This document shows positions 21,653 through 32,101 of a stretch of 64,000 nt of DNA, piece by piece. The notes under the pieces were generated by a model, which saw nothing but the letters and a program-made list of their open reading frames with translations, was not told the origin of the DNA and did no database searches. The stretch is from Bacteroidales bacterium. GTDB lineage: Bacteria; Bacteroidota; Bacteroidia; Bacteroidales; WCHB1-69. The DNA lies in contig JBGURX010000026.1 in the NCBI GenBank assembly GCA_045132235.1, positions 18,175 to 82,174 on the forward strand, read 5' to 3'. A program made the translations under genes and the position numbers. Every line of letters starts with the position of its first letter. Position 1 is the first letter of the stretch.

Positions 21653-22516
21653 CTAAAACCTTACCGAAATAAGCACCACAGCTATCAGGGCGATGGCAAG
21701 CCCCAGATAGTTCTTCCATGTCAGTTTCTCTTTGAATAAAAGCCAGCCGATCAGGGCGGTGAGACTGACCACCCCGATGTTGTAGATGGGAAACAGCATC
21801 ACGTTGCTGAAACAGCGCATGGCATGGAAAATGCAATAGGTGGAGAAAAAGTTGGTGACGCCCAGCACCACGCCGCCGATGATGCTCTTGGTCTGCCATT
21901 TTGATTTGCCGCGAAGGAGTTCGTAGGCCACAAGGATGATGCCAAACACCATGGCAATCAGATAGATGAAGGCAATCATGAAACTCATGTCATCAGCAGT
22001 GTTGCGCTGCTCGTTGAGTTTCATCAGAATGTCGCCCGTGCCGGTGCCGAAGAAAATCAGGAGTGGAAGCCACCAGCGGGTTCTTTTCTTGTTGGCAGAT
22101 GCTGCGTTGCCGCCGCCCACCACCAGCACCAAGGCCACCAACGCCAAGATGATGCCGACGGCGACTTGCCAGCCTAACGTTTCGTGAAAGAGAAGCACCC
22201 CCGCCATGGTGGGCAGCACCACCGAGAGTTTGCTGGATAGCGAGGTGATAGTGACGCCCGATGACTGTGTGGAGGCCGTCATCAGCAAGTAGGTGAAGAT
22301 GAACCAGAAGCCCGTCAGCAGCGACAGTCCGAACCACGACTCGCCGACCAATTCAGGAACGGTGTCAACGCGCCCGCACATCAGGAAACCGGTCACTGTG
22401 GCGAAGACGTAATTCCACATCAATGCTTGGTGATTGTCAAGGTCGAACCGCTTGAAGAAGCGCATGGTGACAAAGACACCGGCAGAAAATAGGATGGCTA
22501 AAACGAGGTAGAGCAT
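21653..22516 (-). CDS. EamA/DMT family transporter
   Basis: About 10 TM helices in two repeats; LLFHE.L and LLFKEKL. Confidence 0.85.
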   Translation of the reverse strand: MLYLVLAILFSAGVFVTMRFFKRFDLDNHQALMWNYVFATVTGFLMCGRVDTVPELVGESWFGLSLLTGFWFIFTYLLMTASTQSSGVTITSLSSKLSVVLPTMAGVLLFHETLGWQVAVGIILALVALVLVVGGGNAASANKKRTRWWLPLLIFFGTGTGDILMKLNEQRNTADDMSFMIAFIYLIAMVFGIILVAYELLRGKSKWQTKSIIGGVVLGVTNFFSTYCIFHAMRCFSNVMLFPIYNIGVVSLTALIGWLLFKEKLTWKNYLGLAIALIAVVLISVRF

Positions 22517-22562
22517 GGTGAGGGAATGGTTCTGTGTTGAAATGCTGAAACCAGGTTGGTTG

Positions 22563-22946
22563 TCACAATTTCGCCATGAATTTGGCGCTCTCCACCACGA
22601 ACCGCTCGTGGATGCCCTCGCCGATGAGGTTTTCTCCCTCGAAGCATCTCACTGCGAACACCAAGCGGCGGCGGTCCACCTCCGTGAGTTCGGCCTCGCA
22701 CCGGATGGTGCTGCCCACGGGACTGGCTTTCAAGTGCTTGATGTTGACGGCGATGCCGACGGTGGTGTTGCCTTCGCCGATCTTGTCGCACACGCTCATG
22801 AGGCAGGTCTTTTCCATGAGGGCAATCATGGCGGGGGTGGCGAATACTTCCAATGCGCCGGAGCCATACACGGCGGCGGTGTCTTTGTGCTCCACCACCA
22901 GCTGCTCGCTGTGGCGGAGGCCTTTCAGGGTTGTAAATTCTGTCAT
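22563..22946 (-). CDS. FlK-like hotdog thioesterase
   Basis: VFATPAMIALME, TVG....KHL.ASPVG, G.HERFVV. Confidence 0.9.
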   Translation of the reverse strand: MTEFTTLKGLRHSEQLVVEHKDTAAVYGSGALEVFATPAMIALMEKTCLMSVCDKIGEGNTTVGIAVNIKHLKASPVGSTIRCEAELTEVDRRRLVFAVRCFEGENLIGEGIHERFVVESAKFMAKL

Positions 22947-22957
22947 GATGGTTATGG

Positions 22958-25063
22958 TTATTTCACTTTCATTCCCAAGTTGTACATGATGAAGCCGTAG
23001 ATGTCGGCTTGCTCCTCCAGCACTTTGGTGAGGGGCTTGCCGCCGCCGTGTCCGGCCTTGGTGTCGATGCGGATGAGCACGGGGTTGCTGCCCTGATGAC
23101 ACTCCTGCAGGGTGGCCGCGAACTTGAACGAGTGGGCGGGCACCACGCGGTCGTCGTGGTCGGCGGTGGTGACGAGGGTGGCGGGATAGGCCGTGCCCGG
23201 CTTCAGGTTGTGGAGCGGCGAGTAGCCGTACAGGTACTCGAACATCTCCTTTGAATCCTCACTGGTGCCGTAGTCGGAGGCCCAGTTCCAGCCGATGGTG
23301 AACTTGTGGTAGCGCAGCATGTCCATCACGCCCACCTGCGGGATGGCCACACGGAACAGGTCGGGCCGCTGCGTCATGCACGCCCCGACAAGCAGTCCGC
23401 CGTTGGAGCCGCCCACGATGGCCATTTTCTCCTTGGAACTGTATCCTTCGCTGATGAGCCATTCCGCCGCGGCGATGAAGTCGTCGAAGACGTTCTGTTT
23501 CTGCATCTTGGTACCGGCGATGTGCCACTCTTCACCGTATTCGCTGCCGCCGCGCAGGTTGACCTGCGCGTAGATGCCGCCGTTCTCAAGGAAGGGGATG
23601 CGCATGGCCGAGAAGCCGGGAGGCAGCGAGATGTTGAATCCACCATAGCCGTACAGGAACACGGGATTGCTGCCATCGCGCTTCAGCCCTTTCTTGTAAG
23701 TCAGGAACATGGGGATGCGCGTGCCGTCCTTGCTCAGGAAGAAGACCTGCTCGCTGACATAGTCATCCTGCTTGAATTTGACGTTGGGGGCGGAGTAGAG
23801 CGTGCTCTCGTTGCGCTCCATGTCGTAGCGGTAGATGGTGCCGGGCTGGGTGAACGAGGTGAAGGTGTAGAAGCACTCAGGCTCTTTCTTGTCGCCCGTA
23901 AAGCCTACGCTGCCCACTGAAGGTAGTTTCACCTCGTGACGCAGTTTCCCGTCGAGGCCATAGACATACGCGTGGTCGGAGGCATCCTGCTGGTAGGTGA
24001 GGATGAACTGGCGGTTGATGACGCTGACACCGCTTAGGGGGTTCTGCTGCTCGGCCACCAGCACCTGCCAGTCGGTCACGCCCGGCCGGTGGATGTCGGC
24101 GGTCATGATGCATCCTTTGGGTGCACCGTAGTTGGTGTAGAGATAGAGCCTGTCGCCGTCGGTCAGCACGGGACTGTACTGGTAGTCCATGTCGGCGGTC
24201 ATCTGGATGAACTGCGAGTTGGGCTGGCGCAAGTCGCGCACGTACAGGTTGTTGCCGGCTCCTGCACCGCTCTCGTAGAGGAACATCATGGTCTCTTCCT
24301 CGTTGACGCTCACCTCATAGAAGCACTTCGGGCGGGCAGGGTTCTGGTAAAACAGCACATCGGCCGACTGGGGGGTGCCGATTTTGTGGTAGTAGATTTT
24401 GTGGTTCTCGTTCACATTCGAAAACTCCTTGCCCTCCACAGGGGCGTCGTAGGCGCTGTAGTAGAAACCGTCGCCGCACCATTCCGCGCTGGAGAATTTG
24501 GCCCACTCGATATGGTCGTTGGTGAGCTGGCCGGTCTGTAGGTCAATGACATAGAACTCCTGCCAGTCGCTGCCCGACCGCGAGATGCTGTAGGCTGCCC
24601 AGCGGTTGTTGTGCGAGAAGAACACCCCCTGAAGTGCCACGGTGCCGTCGCTGCTCAGCGTGTTGGGGTCGAGAAACACGCGCGGGGTGCCGCCCAGCTG
24701 ATCCGTCACATACAGCACGCTCTGGTTCTGCAGTCCGTTGTTTTTGTAGAAGTACCATTGTCCGTTGCGCTTGCGCGGGGCGCCGATCTTCTCGTAGTTG
24801 GCGAGCTCGGTCAGCCGTTTCAGCAGCTTCTGCCGGAAGGGAATCTTGGCGAGATAGGCGTTGGTGACCTTGTTCTCGGCTTCCACCCATGCGGCGGTCT
24901 GCGCGCTGGTGTCATTCTCCAGCCAGCGGTAGGGGTCGGCCACTACGGTGCCGAAATAGGTGTCGGTAGTGCCGTCTTTGACGGCTTTGGGATACTGGAT
25001 GTTTTGTGCCATAAGAGTTGTCGTGGCCATGGAGACCATCATGAAAAGGATTGTTTTTTTCAT
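22958..25063 (-). CDS. prolyl oligopeptidase (S9A), secreted
   Basis: DPYRWLE, GGSNGGLL, DHDDRVVP, AGHG catalytic triad motifs. Confidence 0.95.
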   Translation of the reverse strand: MKKTILFMMVSMATTTLMAQNIQYPKAVKDGTTDTYFGTVVADPYRWLENDTSAQTAAWVEAENKVTNAYLAKIPFRQKLLKRLTELANYEKIGAPRKRNGQWYFYKNNGLQNQSVLYVTDQLGGTPRVFLDPNTLSSDGTVALQGVFFSHNNRWAAYSISRSGSDWQEFYVIDLQTGQLTNDHIEWAKFSSAEWCGDGFYYSAYDAPVEGKEFSNVNENHKIYYHKIGTPQSADVLFYQNPARPKCFYEVSVNEEETMMFLYESGAGAGNNLYVRDLRQPNSQFIQMTADMDYQYSPVLTDGDRLYLYTNYGAPKGCIMTADIHRPGVTDWQVLVAEQQNPLSGVSVINRQFILTYQQDASDHAYVYGLDGKLRHEVKLPSVGSVGFTGDKKEPECFYTFTSFTQPGTIYRYDMERNESTLYSAPNVKFKQDDYVSEQVFFLSKDGTRIPMFLTYKKGLKRDGSNPVFLYGYGGFNISLPPGFSAMRIPFLENGGIYAQVNLRGGSEYGEEWHIAGTKMQKQNVFDDFIAAAEWLISEGYSSKEKMAIVGGSNGGLLVGACMTQRPDLFRVAIPQVGVMDMLRYHKFTIGWNWASDYGTSEDSKEMFEYLYGYSPLHNLKPGTAYPATLVTTADHDDRVVPAHSFKFAATLQECHQGSNPVLIRIDTKAGHGGGKPLTKVLEEQADIYGFIMYNLGMKVK

Positions 25064-25239
25064 TATTGTTTATGTATAAAATGGTGTTGTTCAGAATGGT
25101 TTTTTCATGCCTGCATCAGATTGGGCGTGCAAAGATACGACATTTTATCTTACAGGGAAGGGGAATGACGTTTTCAAAAAAAATGTGTATCTTTGCCATT
25201 TGAAAAATTTTTATCTTGATAATTTATAAATTATTGATA

Positions 25240-26979
25240 ATGAAGAAAATATTCTTACCTATCTTATTGTTTACGGCAGTTTTAGGCCTTCGGGCACAAA
25301 ACCAGAACGATGTTTTGGTGACGATTGGAAACGACAAGGTCACAGTGGAGGAATTTGCAAAGGCATACGGCAAGAACAACAACCTCGCCACCGCCACCGA
25401 GAAAGACCTCCGCGAGTATCTGGATCTGTTCATCAATTTCAAGATGAAGGTGAAGGAGGGCGAGCTGCTGCAACTCGACACTTCCCGCCAGTTTAAGATG
25501 GAGCTGAAGCAGTATCAGAACCAGTCGGCACAGCAATTCCTCATCGACAAGGAGGTGACCAAGGAGCTGGAGGATGAGGTGCTGACCCGTGCCATGAGCG
25601 ACATCCGTGCTTCACATATCCTCGTGAACTGCAGCGAGATGGCCAAGCCGCAGGACACGCTGGCTGCTTACAACAAAATCATGTCCATCCGCAAGGAAAT
25701 CATGTCGGGTGCTATCAGTTTTGCCGATGCGGCCGTCAAGTACTCCGACGACCCCTCCGCCCGCGACATGGTGAACCCGCAGACTCAGCGCCTGCATCCC
25801 GGCAACAAGGGCGACCTTGGCTATTTCACGGTCTTCGACCTGATCTATCCTTTCGAGACGGCCGCCTACAACACGCCGGTCGGTCAGGTGTCGCAGCCGG
25901 TGCGCACGCAGTTCGGCTACCACATCATCTACGTGCAGGACCGCATCGACGCCATTCAGGAGATCACCATCGAGCAGGTGTATGTGTCTGACTCGCTGGC
26001 GAAGAACGGCAACAAGCTGCCCACCACCACCTACAAGCTCACAGCCGCCCAGCAGGCCCTGCAAAGCGGCACGCCTTTCGGCGACGTGGCCCGCCAGTAT
26101 TCAGAGGACAACGATGTGGCGGTGACCGGAGGCCTGCAGGAGCCTTTCGCCCCCAACCGCCGTCAGGGCGACTTCGTGAAGGCCATCCTCTCGCTTAAAG
26201 AGGGTGAGGTTTCGCAGCCCATCGCCTCCCAAAATGGCTGGCACATCATCCGCGTGGTCAACATCAAGCCGTTTGTGCTGGACGAGGACTCGCGTTACAC
26301 GCTCATCAACCGCATCTCGCGCGACAGCCGTTCCCACAAGAGCAAAGGCGCGTTCATTGATAAGTTGAAACGTGAATACAACTACAAAGAGCCCGGCCGC
26401 GCCAAGGCCATGAAGGCTTTCTTGAAGAATATGCCCGCCGAGTTCTTCCAGAACAAAGAAGCCGACCTCTCCACCATCAAAGGCATCGAGAAATTCGCTC
26501 CCATGGCCACTTTCGCCGATGTGGAGATCACCGCCGAGGAGTTCGCCAAGTATATCAACCGCTTCAAGGGGATGCGCCTCACCCAAGATGAGTTTGCTCC
26601 CTTCCTCGAAGAGCGTTTCGACATGTTTGTCCAAGACAAGATGAACCGATACGAGAATGCGCATCTGTTGGAGAAATATGCCGACCTCCGCGACCTCGTG
26701 CAGGAGTTCCACGACGGCATGGTGCTGTACGAAATCAACACCTCCAAGGTGTGGGCCGCTGCCGTGCAGGATTCCACGGGTCTGGAGAAATTCTACGAGG
26801 AGAACAGTAGCCGCTACCTCGACCCCGCCACGCAGCAGCCCAAGCCGCTCGCCGAGATCCGTGCCATCGTCATCACCGACTTCCAGGAGTACCTCGACAA
26901 GCAGTGGATTCTCGAACTGCGTGAAAAGTACCAGCCGGTCATCAACGAAAAAGCTTTATCTACCCTCATTCAAAAATAA
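25240..26979 (+). CDS. parvulin/SurA-type peptidyl-prolyl isomerase
   Basis: RASHIL, FA.AA.KYSDD, GDLGYF...PFE.AAY, RTQFGYHII; second rotamase domain. Confidence 0.9.
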   Translation: MKKIFLPILLFTAVLGLRAQNQNDVLVTIGNDKVTVEEFAKAYGKNNNLATATEKDLREYLDLFINFKMKVKEGELLQLDTSRQFKMELKQYQNQSAQQFLIDKEVTKELEDEVLTRAMSDIRASHILVNCSEMAKPQDTLAAYNKIMSIRKEIMSGAISFADAAVKYSDDPSARDMVNPQTQRLHPGNKGDLGYFTVFDLIYPFETAAYNTPVGQVSQPVRTQFGYHIIYVQDRIDAIQEITIEQVYVSDSLAKNGNKLPTTTYKLTAAQQALQSGTPFGDVARQYSEDNDVAVTGGLQEPFAPNRRQGDFVKAILSLKEGEVSQPIASQNGWHIIRVVNIKPFVLDEDSRYTLINRISRDSRSHKSKGAFIDKLKREYNYKEPGRAKAMKAFLKNMPAEFFQNKEADLSTIKGIEKFAPMATFADVEITAEEFAKYINRFKGMRLTQDEFAPFLEERFDMFVQDKMNRYENAHLLEKYADLRDLVQEFHDGMVLYEINTSKVWAAAVQDSTGLEKFYEENSSRYLDPATQQPKPLAEIRAIVITDFQEYLDKQWILELREKYQPVINEKALSTLIQK

Positions 26980-26981
26980 CC

Positions 26982-27815
26982 GTGAAGCGCGCCTGCCTTC
27001 TTTTCCTGCTTTCGCTCTGTCTGTTGACCAGTTGCCGGCACAAAGACCGTGTGGTGGCCGAAGTGCACAACCACAAACTCTATGCCTCTGAGGTGGGACA
27101 GTTGGTTCCGTCAGGACTGAGTGCCGCCGACAGCGCCGACTATGCCAAGCACATCATCAACGACTGGATTATGGAGCAGGTGATTTTGGCGGAAGCTGAT
27201 AAGAATTTGTCTGTCAAAGAGAAAGTGTTTGACAAAGAGTTGGAAGAGTATCGCAAGACGTTGCTCAAGAACCGCTATTTCGAGAAAATCACTTCCGACC
27301 CTGAGCAATTCAAGGTGAGCGATGCGGAGGTGAAGGAAATCATCAAGCAGAGCAAGGTCAGTCTCGTGCCCGACAAGGAGATTGTGAAGATCAACTATGT
27401 GAAGCTGCCCCGTCAGTCGGCGGTGCGCGAGGAGCTGAAGGAGATTCTTTTCGACGAGACCCGCCGTCTCACCGAGAAAGAGCGCGTGGCCGAGTTGTGC
27501 GCCGACTCCATCGAGTACTTCATCGCCGACGACCAGTGGCTCTTCTGGGAGGACATCCAGCTGGAAACCGGCATCACCCTCGATCGCAACTTGCAGGGAC
27601 TGGACTTTCCCCTCACGATGGAAAAGGTGGTGAACGAAGATGAGTATCTGATGGTGGTCATTGACTTCCGGTCGGAATCCACCGGCGAGGAGTCGAAAGA
27701 CTACTTCGAGAGCGTTCGCACCATGCTCATCCAGAAAAAGAAAAATGAATTCATCCAAAAAAAGATGAAAGAGTTATACCAAGAAGCAGATAAAAAAGGT
27801 AAAATCAACCAATAA
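26982..27815 (+). CDS. PPIase-associated lipoprotein
   Basis: Lipobox LLTSC; VA.V...KLY..E; typical neighbour of the Bacteroidota SurA-like gene. Confidence 0.75.
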   Translation: MKRACLLFLLSLCLLTSCRHKDRVVAEVHNHKLYASEVGQLVPSGLSAADSADYAKHIINDWIMEQVILAEADKNLSVKEKVFDKELEEYRKTLLKNRYFEKITSDPEQFKVSDAEVKEIIKQSKVSLVPDKEIVKINYVKLPRQSAVREELKEILFDETRRLTEKERVAELCADSIEYFIADDQWLFWEDIQLETGITLDRNLQGLDFPLTMEKVVNEDEYLMVVIDFRSESTGEESKDYFESVRTMLIQKKKNEFIQKKMKELYQEADKKGKINQ

Positions 27816-27820
27816 TCACC

Positions 27821-29434
27821 ATGACATTATCCTATACTGCAGTTATTATTATCTCCATCATACAAGTCGTCGGCTTCCAGCTCGGTCTGTGGACCATCTT
27901 CAAGAAGGCAGGGCTGAAGGGGTGGCTTTCCATCATCCCGGTATATCGCACGTGGCTCTGGCTGCGCAAAGTCATCGACCGCCCCTGGTGGTGGATGATC
28001 TTCTGGGTCATGCCCTTCATCGGCGTGTTTATGGTGTATTATATGATTTGGGAGACGATAAGATGTTTTAACAAAAGAAGTTACCTCTATCTTATCCCGG
28101 GCACATTCTTCTATTTCTTTTATCTTCCTTATTTAGGATTTGCAAAAAAAGAGATTTATACCCCCAAGTCGGAGCAGCCGGAATACAAGAAATCGTGGGC
28201 ACGCGGCTGGGGCGATGCCATTATCTTTGCGGTGGCCGCAGCCTTCATCGTGCGCTCCTTCATCTTCGAGCTTTACACCATCCCCTCCTCCTCCATGGAA
28301 GGCACCATGATGGTGGGCGACTACTTGGCGGTGAGCAAGCACCACTACGGACAGCGCATCCCGCAGACCGTTTTCGCACTGCCCTTCATGCATCATACGC
28401 TGGTGCTCACCAAGACCGTTCCCTCGTATGTGGACTGGATTGAGCTGCCCTACATGCGCATTCCGGGGACTTCTTCCGTGAAGAACAACGACCCCATCGT
28501 CTTCAACTATCCCGACGGCGACACGGTGGCCATTGAGAGACAAGACCGCAGCTATTACGCCATCGTGCGTGATTTCGATGAGGTTATGAATCCCAATGTT
28601 GATTTGGACAGGGCGAACAGTCTGGCCATGCGTTACGGCCGTAATTTGGACGCCGCCACTTTGCGCTCGCAGTATGCCGGGCAGTCGGGCCACGATGTGG
28701 TGGCTAAGCTGTTCACGGTGCGGTACCGTCCCACCGACAAGCGCGAGAACTATGTGAAGCGTTGCATTGCCATCCATGGCGACAAGTTGGAGGTGAAGAA
28801 CGGCGTGGTGTATATCAATGGAAAGAAGGCACCGGTGCCCGAACGGCGCCAGTTCTGCTATCAGGTGCCCGGTGGCGGCATTTCCGCCCGTACCATCAAG
28901 AAGATGCGCATCAACGCACAGGATGTGGAGGAGATTGGCGGCGACCAGTATCTCTATCTCTCTGATGAGCAGGCTGCCACACTCCGCGATATGGGAAAAA
29001 TCCTCAACTTGCAACTCGAGCCGAGAGGGGTTTATTCCTCCGAAATCTTCCCCCATGACCCGCGCTACAAGTGGAACAAGGACAATTTCGGTCCGATCGT
29101 TATCCCCGAAAAGGGGGCGACAGTTCAGCTCAACGACTCCACCATCGTGCTGTACGACAGGATTATCAAGAATTATGAGTTGAATGATTTGGAGGTGAAG
29201 AACGGCAAGATTTACATCAACGGGGAGGTGGCGACGAGCTACACCTTCAAGATGGACTACTATTTCATGATGGGCGACAACCGCCATAACTCCGCCGACT
29301 CGCGCTACTGGGGCTTTGTGCCGGAAGACCATATTGTTGGAAAGCCTGTGTTTGTGTGGATGTCGTTGGACAAAGACCGCACGTGGGGCGATGGCAAAGT
29401 GCGGTGGAACAGAATGTTCAAAATCTGTAAATAG
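27821..29434 (+). CDS. lepB: signal peptidase I with N-terminal membrane domain
   Basis: IPSSSMEGT (Ser), YVKRC (Lys), MGDNRHNSADSRYWGFVP. Confidence 0.95.
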   Translation: MTLSYTAVIIISIIQVVGFQLGLWTIFKKAGLKGWLSIIPVYRTWLWLRKVIDRPWWWMIFWVMPFIGVFMVYYMIWETIRCFNKRSYLYLIPGTFFYFFYLPYLGFAKKEIYTPKSEQPEYKKSWARGWGDAIIFAVAAAFIVRSFIFELYTIPSSSMEGTMMVGDYLAVSKHHYGQRIPQTVFALPFMHHTLVLTKTVPSYVDWIELPYMRIPGTSSVKNNDPIVFNYPDGDTVAIERQDRSYYAIVRDFDEVMNPNVDLDRANSLAMRYGRNLDAATLRSQYAGQSGHDVVAKLFTVRYRPTDKRENYVKRCIAIHGDKLEVKNGVVYINGKKAPVPERRQFCYQVPGGGISARTIKKMRINAQDVEEIGGDQYLYLSDEQAATLRDMGKILNLQLEPRGVYSSEIFPHDPRYKWNKDNFGPIVIPEKGATVQLNDSTIVLYDRIIKNYELNDLEVKNGKIYINGEVATSYTFKMDYYFMMGDNRHNSADSRYWGFVPEDHIVGKPVFVWMSLDKDRTWGDGKVRWNRMFKICK

Positions 29435-29463
29435 AATATTGTTTTTCAATAAATTATAGATAG

Positions 29464-31044
29464 ATGGCCTCCAAGTTCAAAATTCCGCACACCTTCACCA
29501 TCGTGTTTTTCATTGTGGTGGCCTGTGCCATTCTGACTTGGGTGGTGCCGGGCGGCGAGTTCCAGCGCGATGCGGCCGGCAACGTGGTGGAAGGAACCTA
29601 CCATCAGGTGGAGAGCCAGCCGCAGACTTGGCAGGTTTTCACCGCCTTCTTCGCCGGTTTCAAAAAAGCCGCCGACATCATCGTCTTCATCCTGATGATT
29701 GGCGGTGCCTTCTGGGTGCTCAACGAGACCAATGCCGTCACGCGGGGCATATACTCCTTCTTAGACTTTACGCAAAAGCTGCAGCGGTTCAAACCTTTTG
29801 AAAAGATGGGGGTGAACAATCTCGTCATCATTCTCATCATTCTGCTGTTCAGCTCCTTCGGGGCCATCTTTGGCATGAGTGAGGAGACGCTGGCCTTTGT
29901 GGCGATTTTCGTGCCGCTGGCCATCTCCATGGGTTACGATTCGGTGACGGGCGTGCTGATGTGTTATGTGGCGGCCCATGTGGGCTTTGCCGGCGCGCTG
30001 TTCAACCCGTTCACCATCGGCATTGCGCAGGGATTGTCGGGACTGCAGCCCTTTTCCGGCTTGGGCTACCGTTTGATTTGCTGGCTTCTGCTCACTTTGA
30101 TAGCCATCCTCTTCACCTTGTGGTATGCGAACCGCGTGAAGCGCCATCCTGAAAAGTCGTTCATGCACGAGGCCGACTCGTACTGGCGCGACAAGGTGTT
30201 GCAGCAGCAGGATCAGGAGCATCACCGCTCGAACTATGCCACATGGATTGTCTTTGGTTTGGTAAGTGCTTTGTTGCTCTTCTTGTCGATACGTTTCCCC
30301 TTCACCGACATTACGTTAGGCGGGCACAAGAGCCATTTGCTCATCTTCCCCGTCATCGCGGTGCTGTTCACAGCATGGGGGGTGTTCGCAGCCATCCGGT
30401 CGGCGCACAGCTACATCATGTCACTGCTGTTCCTCACCATTGTGATGCTGGTGGTGGGTGTTCTGGGGTATGGATGGTATGTGAAGGAGATTGCCGCCCT
30501 CTTTTTCGCGATGGGCATTGCGGCGGGATTCGCCTACGGGCTTCGTTTCGACAAAATCATCCGCCAGTTCTTGGAGGGATGCAAGGATATGCTGAATGCG
30601 GCGTTGATTGTGGGCATGGCGGGTGGAATCATCATTATTTTGCAAGAGGGACATATTGTAGATACCCTGCTGTACGGCTCCTCCACGGCGGTGGCGAACA
30701 GCGGCAAGGAGGGCGCGTTGGGCGGTATGTATCTGATTCAGAACCTGCTCAACCTCATCATTCCGTCGGGCTCTGCCAAGGCTGCGCTCACCATTCCCAT
30801 GATGGCTGAGTTCTCCGACCTTATCGGCATCTCGCGGCAGACCAATGTGCTGGCTTTCCAGTTCGGCGACGGCTTCACCAACATGATCACCCCGACCTCC
30901 GGCGTGCTCATCGGCGTGCTGGGCATCGCCCGCATTCCTTACGCCAAATGGGCGAAATTTATTTTTCCTTTTATCTTATTCCTGATAATTGTAGGATTTT
31001 TGTTACTTTTGCCGACCATTTATTTACCTTTAGACGGATTTTAA
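29464..31044 (+). CDS. yfcC: YfcC/DcuC-type transporter (putative arginine/ornithine antiporter)
   Basis: IPHTF, GM.EET, NPFTIGIAQG, IPSGSAKA, AFQFGDGFTN..TPT. Confidence 0.88.
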   Translation: MASKFKIPHTFTIVFFIVVACAILTWVVPGGEFQRDAAGNVVEGTYHQVESQPQTWQVFTAFFAGFKKAADIIVFILMIGGAFWVLNETNAVTRGIYSFLDFTQKLQRFKPFEKMGVNNLVIILIILLFSSFGAIFGMSEETLAFVAIFVPLAISMGYDSVTGVLMCYVAAHVGFAGALFNPFTIGIAQGLSGLQPFSGLGYRLICWLLLTLIAILFTLWYANRVKRHPEKSFMHEADSYWRDKVLQQQDQEHHRSNYATWIVFGLVSALLLFLSIRFPFTDITLGGHKSHLLIFPVIAVLFTAWGVFAAIRSAHSYIMSLLFLTIVMLVVGVLGYGWYVKEIAALFFAMGIAAGFAYGLRFDKIIRQFLEGCKDMLNAALIVGMAGGIIIILQEGHIVDTLLYGSSTAVANSGKEGALGGMYLIQNLLNLIIPSGSAKAALTIPMMAEFSDLIGISRQTNVLAFQFGDGFTNMITPTSGVLIGVLGIARIPYAKWAKFIFPFILFLIIVGFLLLLPTIYLPLDGF

Positions 31045-31050
31045 CCAACC

Positions 31051-31956
31051 ATGAAAAGATACGTATTTCTGATAGCCATTTTGTTGTTCACCACGGCTTA
31101 TCGCGCTTATTCACAATATGATAATTATTACTTCTACCATGGCTTTGAAGCATGGGAAGGCGGATTGAATTTTGGTGTGAACTCTTTTTACGGAGACATC
31201 AATGACAACACCAACAAGATTTTTCCCGCCACACCTTTCCAGGCCTCGTTCTACAAGGACCGCCATTTTGTGGTGGGCGGCTATTTCGGCAAGCGCATGA
31301 CCCCCTTCTGGACCCTTGCCTTGGACATGAAATTCGGGCGTGTTTCGGGAAAAACCAAATATGGCATTGATGAGCATTCTGCGGTGGCGTTTCGCACGTC
31401 GTGGAATACGGAAATGGTGATTTCCAATACGTTGGATATACTTTCCATGTGCAATCTCAACACCAACTGGTCGGTGTATCCCAAGATTGGCTTTGGGGTG
31501 TATGCCTTCCGTTCCACGTTGTGGGATGTGAACAGCGGGGAGGTGTTGGGGGCTTTTCCCGAGGAGGCCGTTTTCAACAGCAAACGCAACGAGTGGCTGG
31601 CCACGGGTTACCATGCGGTGTTTGCCATGCCGGTGATGATAGGCGCAAGTTTCCGTCCGCTGCCGGAGCTGCGTGTGTTTTTCGAGACCGGCATCACGTG
31701 GACCTGCACCGACATGCTGGACGCCTACCAGTCGAATGCGCGTGCCTTCGAGGGGGTGTGGAACACGATGATTGGGGTGAGCTATCAGTTTGATTTCCGT
31801 CCCTACATGCGGGGCAATCCGCGCAACAACACCGCCAACGATGCTTTGAAAGACGATGGCGTGACGAAGAAGTACAAGAAGATGCGTTACAAGTCGAACC
31901 TCGGCACGGGCAAGCCGCGCTACAGCAAGAGCAGCGCGATGAAGAAGCACCAGTAG
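31051..31956 (+). CDS. outer-membrane beta-barrel protein (DUF6089-like)
   Basis: Signal peptide; G.NSFYGDI, alternating beta strands, TD.LDAY, IGVSYQF; basic tail. Confidence 0.65.
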   Translation: MKRYVFLIAILLFTTAYRAYSQYDNYYFYHGFEAWEGGLNFGVNSFYGDINDNTNKIFPATPFQASFYKDRHFVVGGYFGKRMTPFWTLALDMKFGRVSGKTKYGIDEHSAVAFRTSWNTEMVISNTLDILSMCNLNTNWSVYPKIGFGVYAFRSTLWDVNSGEVLGAFPEEAVFNSKRNEWLATGYHAVFAMPVMIGASFRPLPELRVFFETGITWTCTDMLDAYQSNARAFEGVWNTMIGVSYQFDFRPYMRGNPRNNTANDALKDDGVTKKYKKMRYKSNLGTGKPRYSKSSAMKKHQ

Positions 31957-32039
31957 GGCTTCATACATTGCAGGGTTGTGATAATATGGATGTAGGGCTG
32001 TCATACTATGGCAGTCCTACAAGGTGTTGGCAGCCCCAC
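31953..32039. repeat. cluster of intact and degenerate REP palindromes
   Basis: GTAGGGCTGTCATACTATGGCAGTCCTAC (31992-32020) plus partial copies; the first GTAG contains the upstream TAG stop. Confidence 0.8.
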
Positions 32040-32101
32040 GAATGCGGGATTTGTGCGGTGGAAAATCGAAGGTCAGCGGCCTGCGGGCAAAAAAATATTA
32101 G

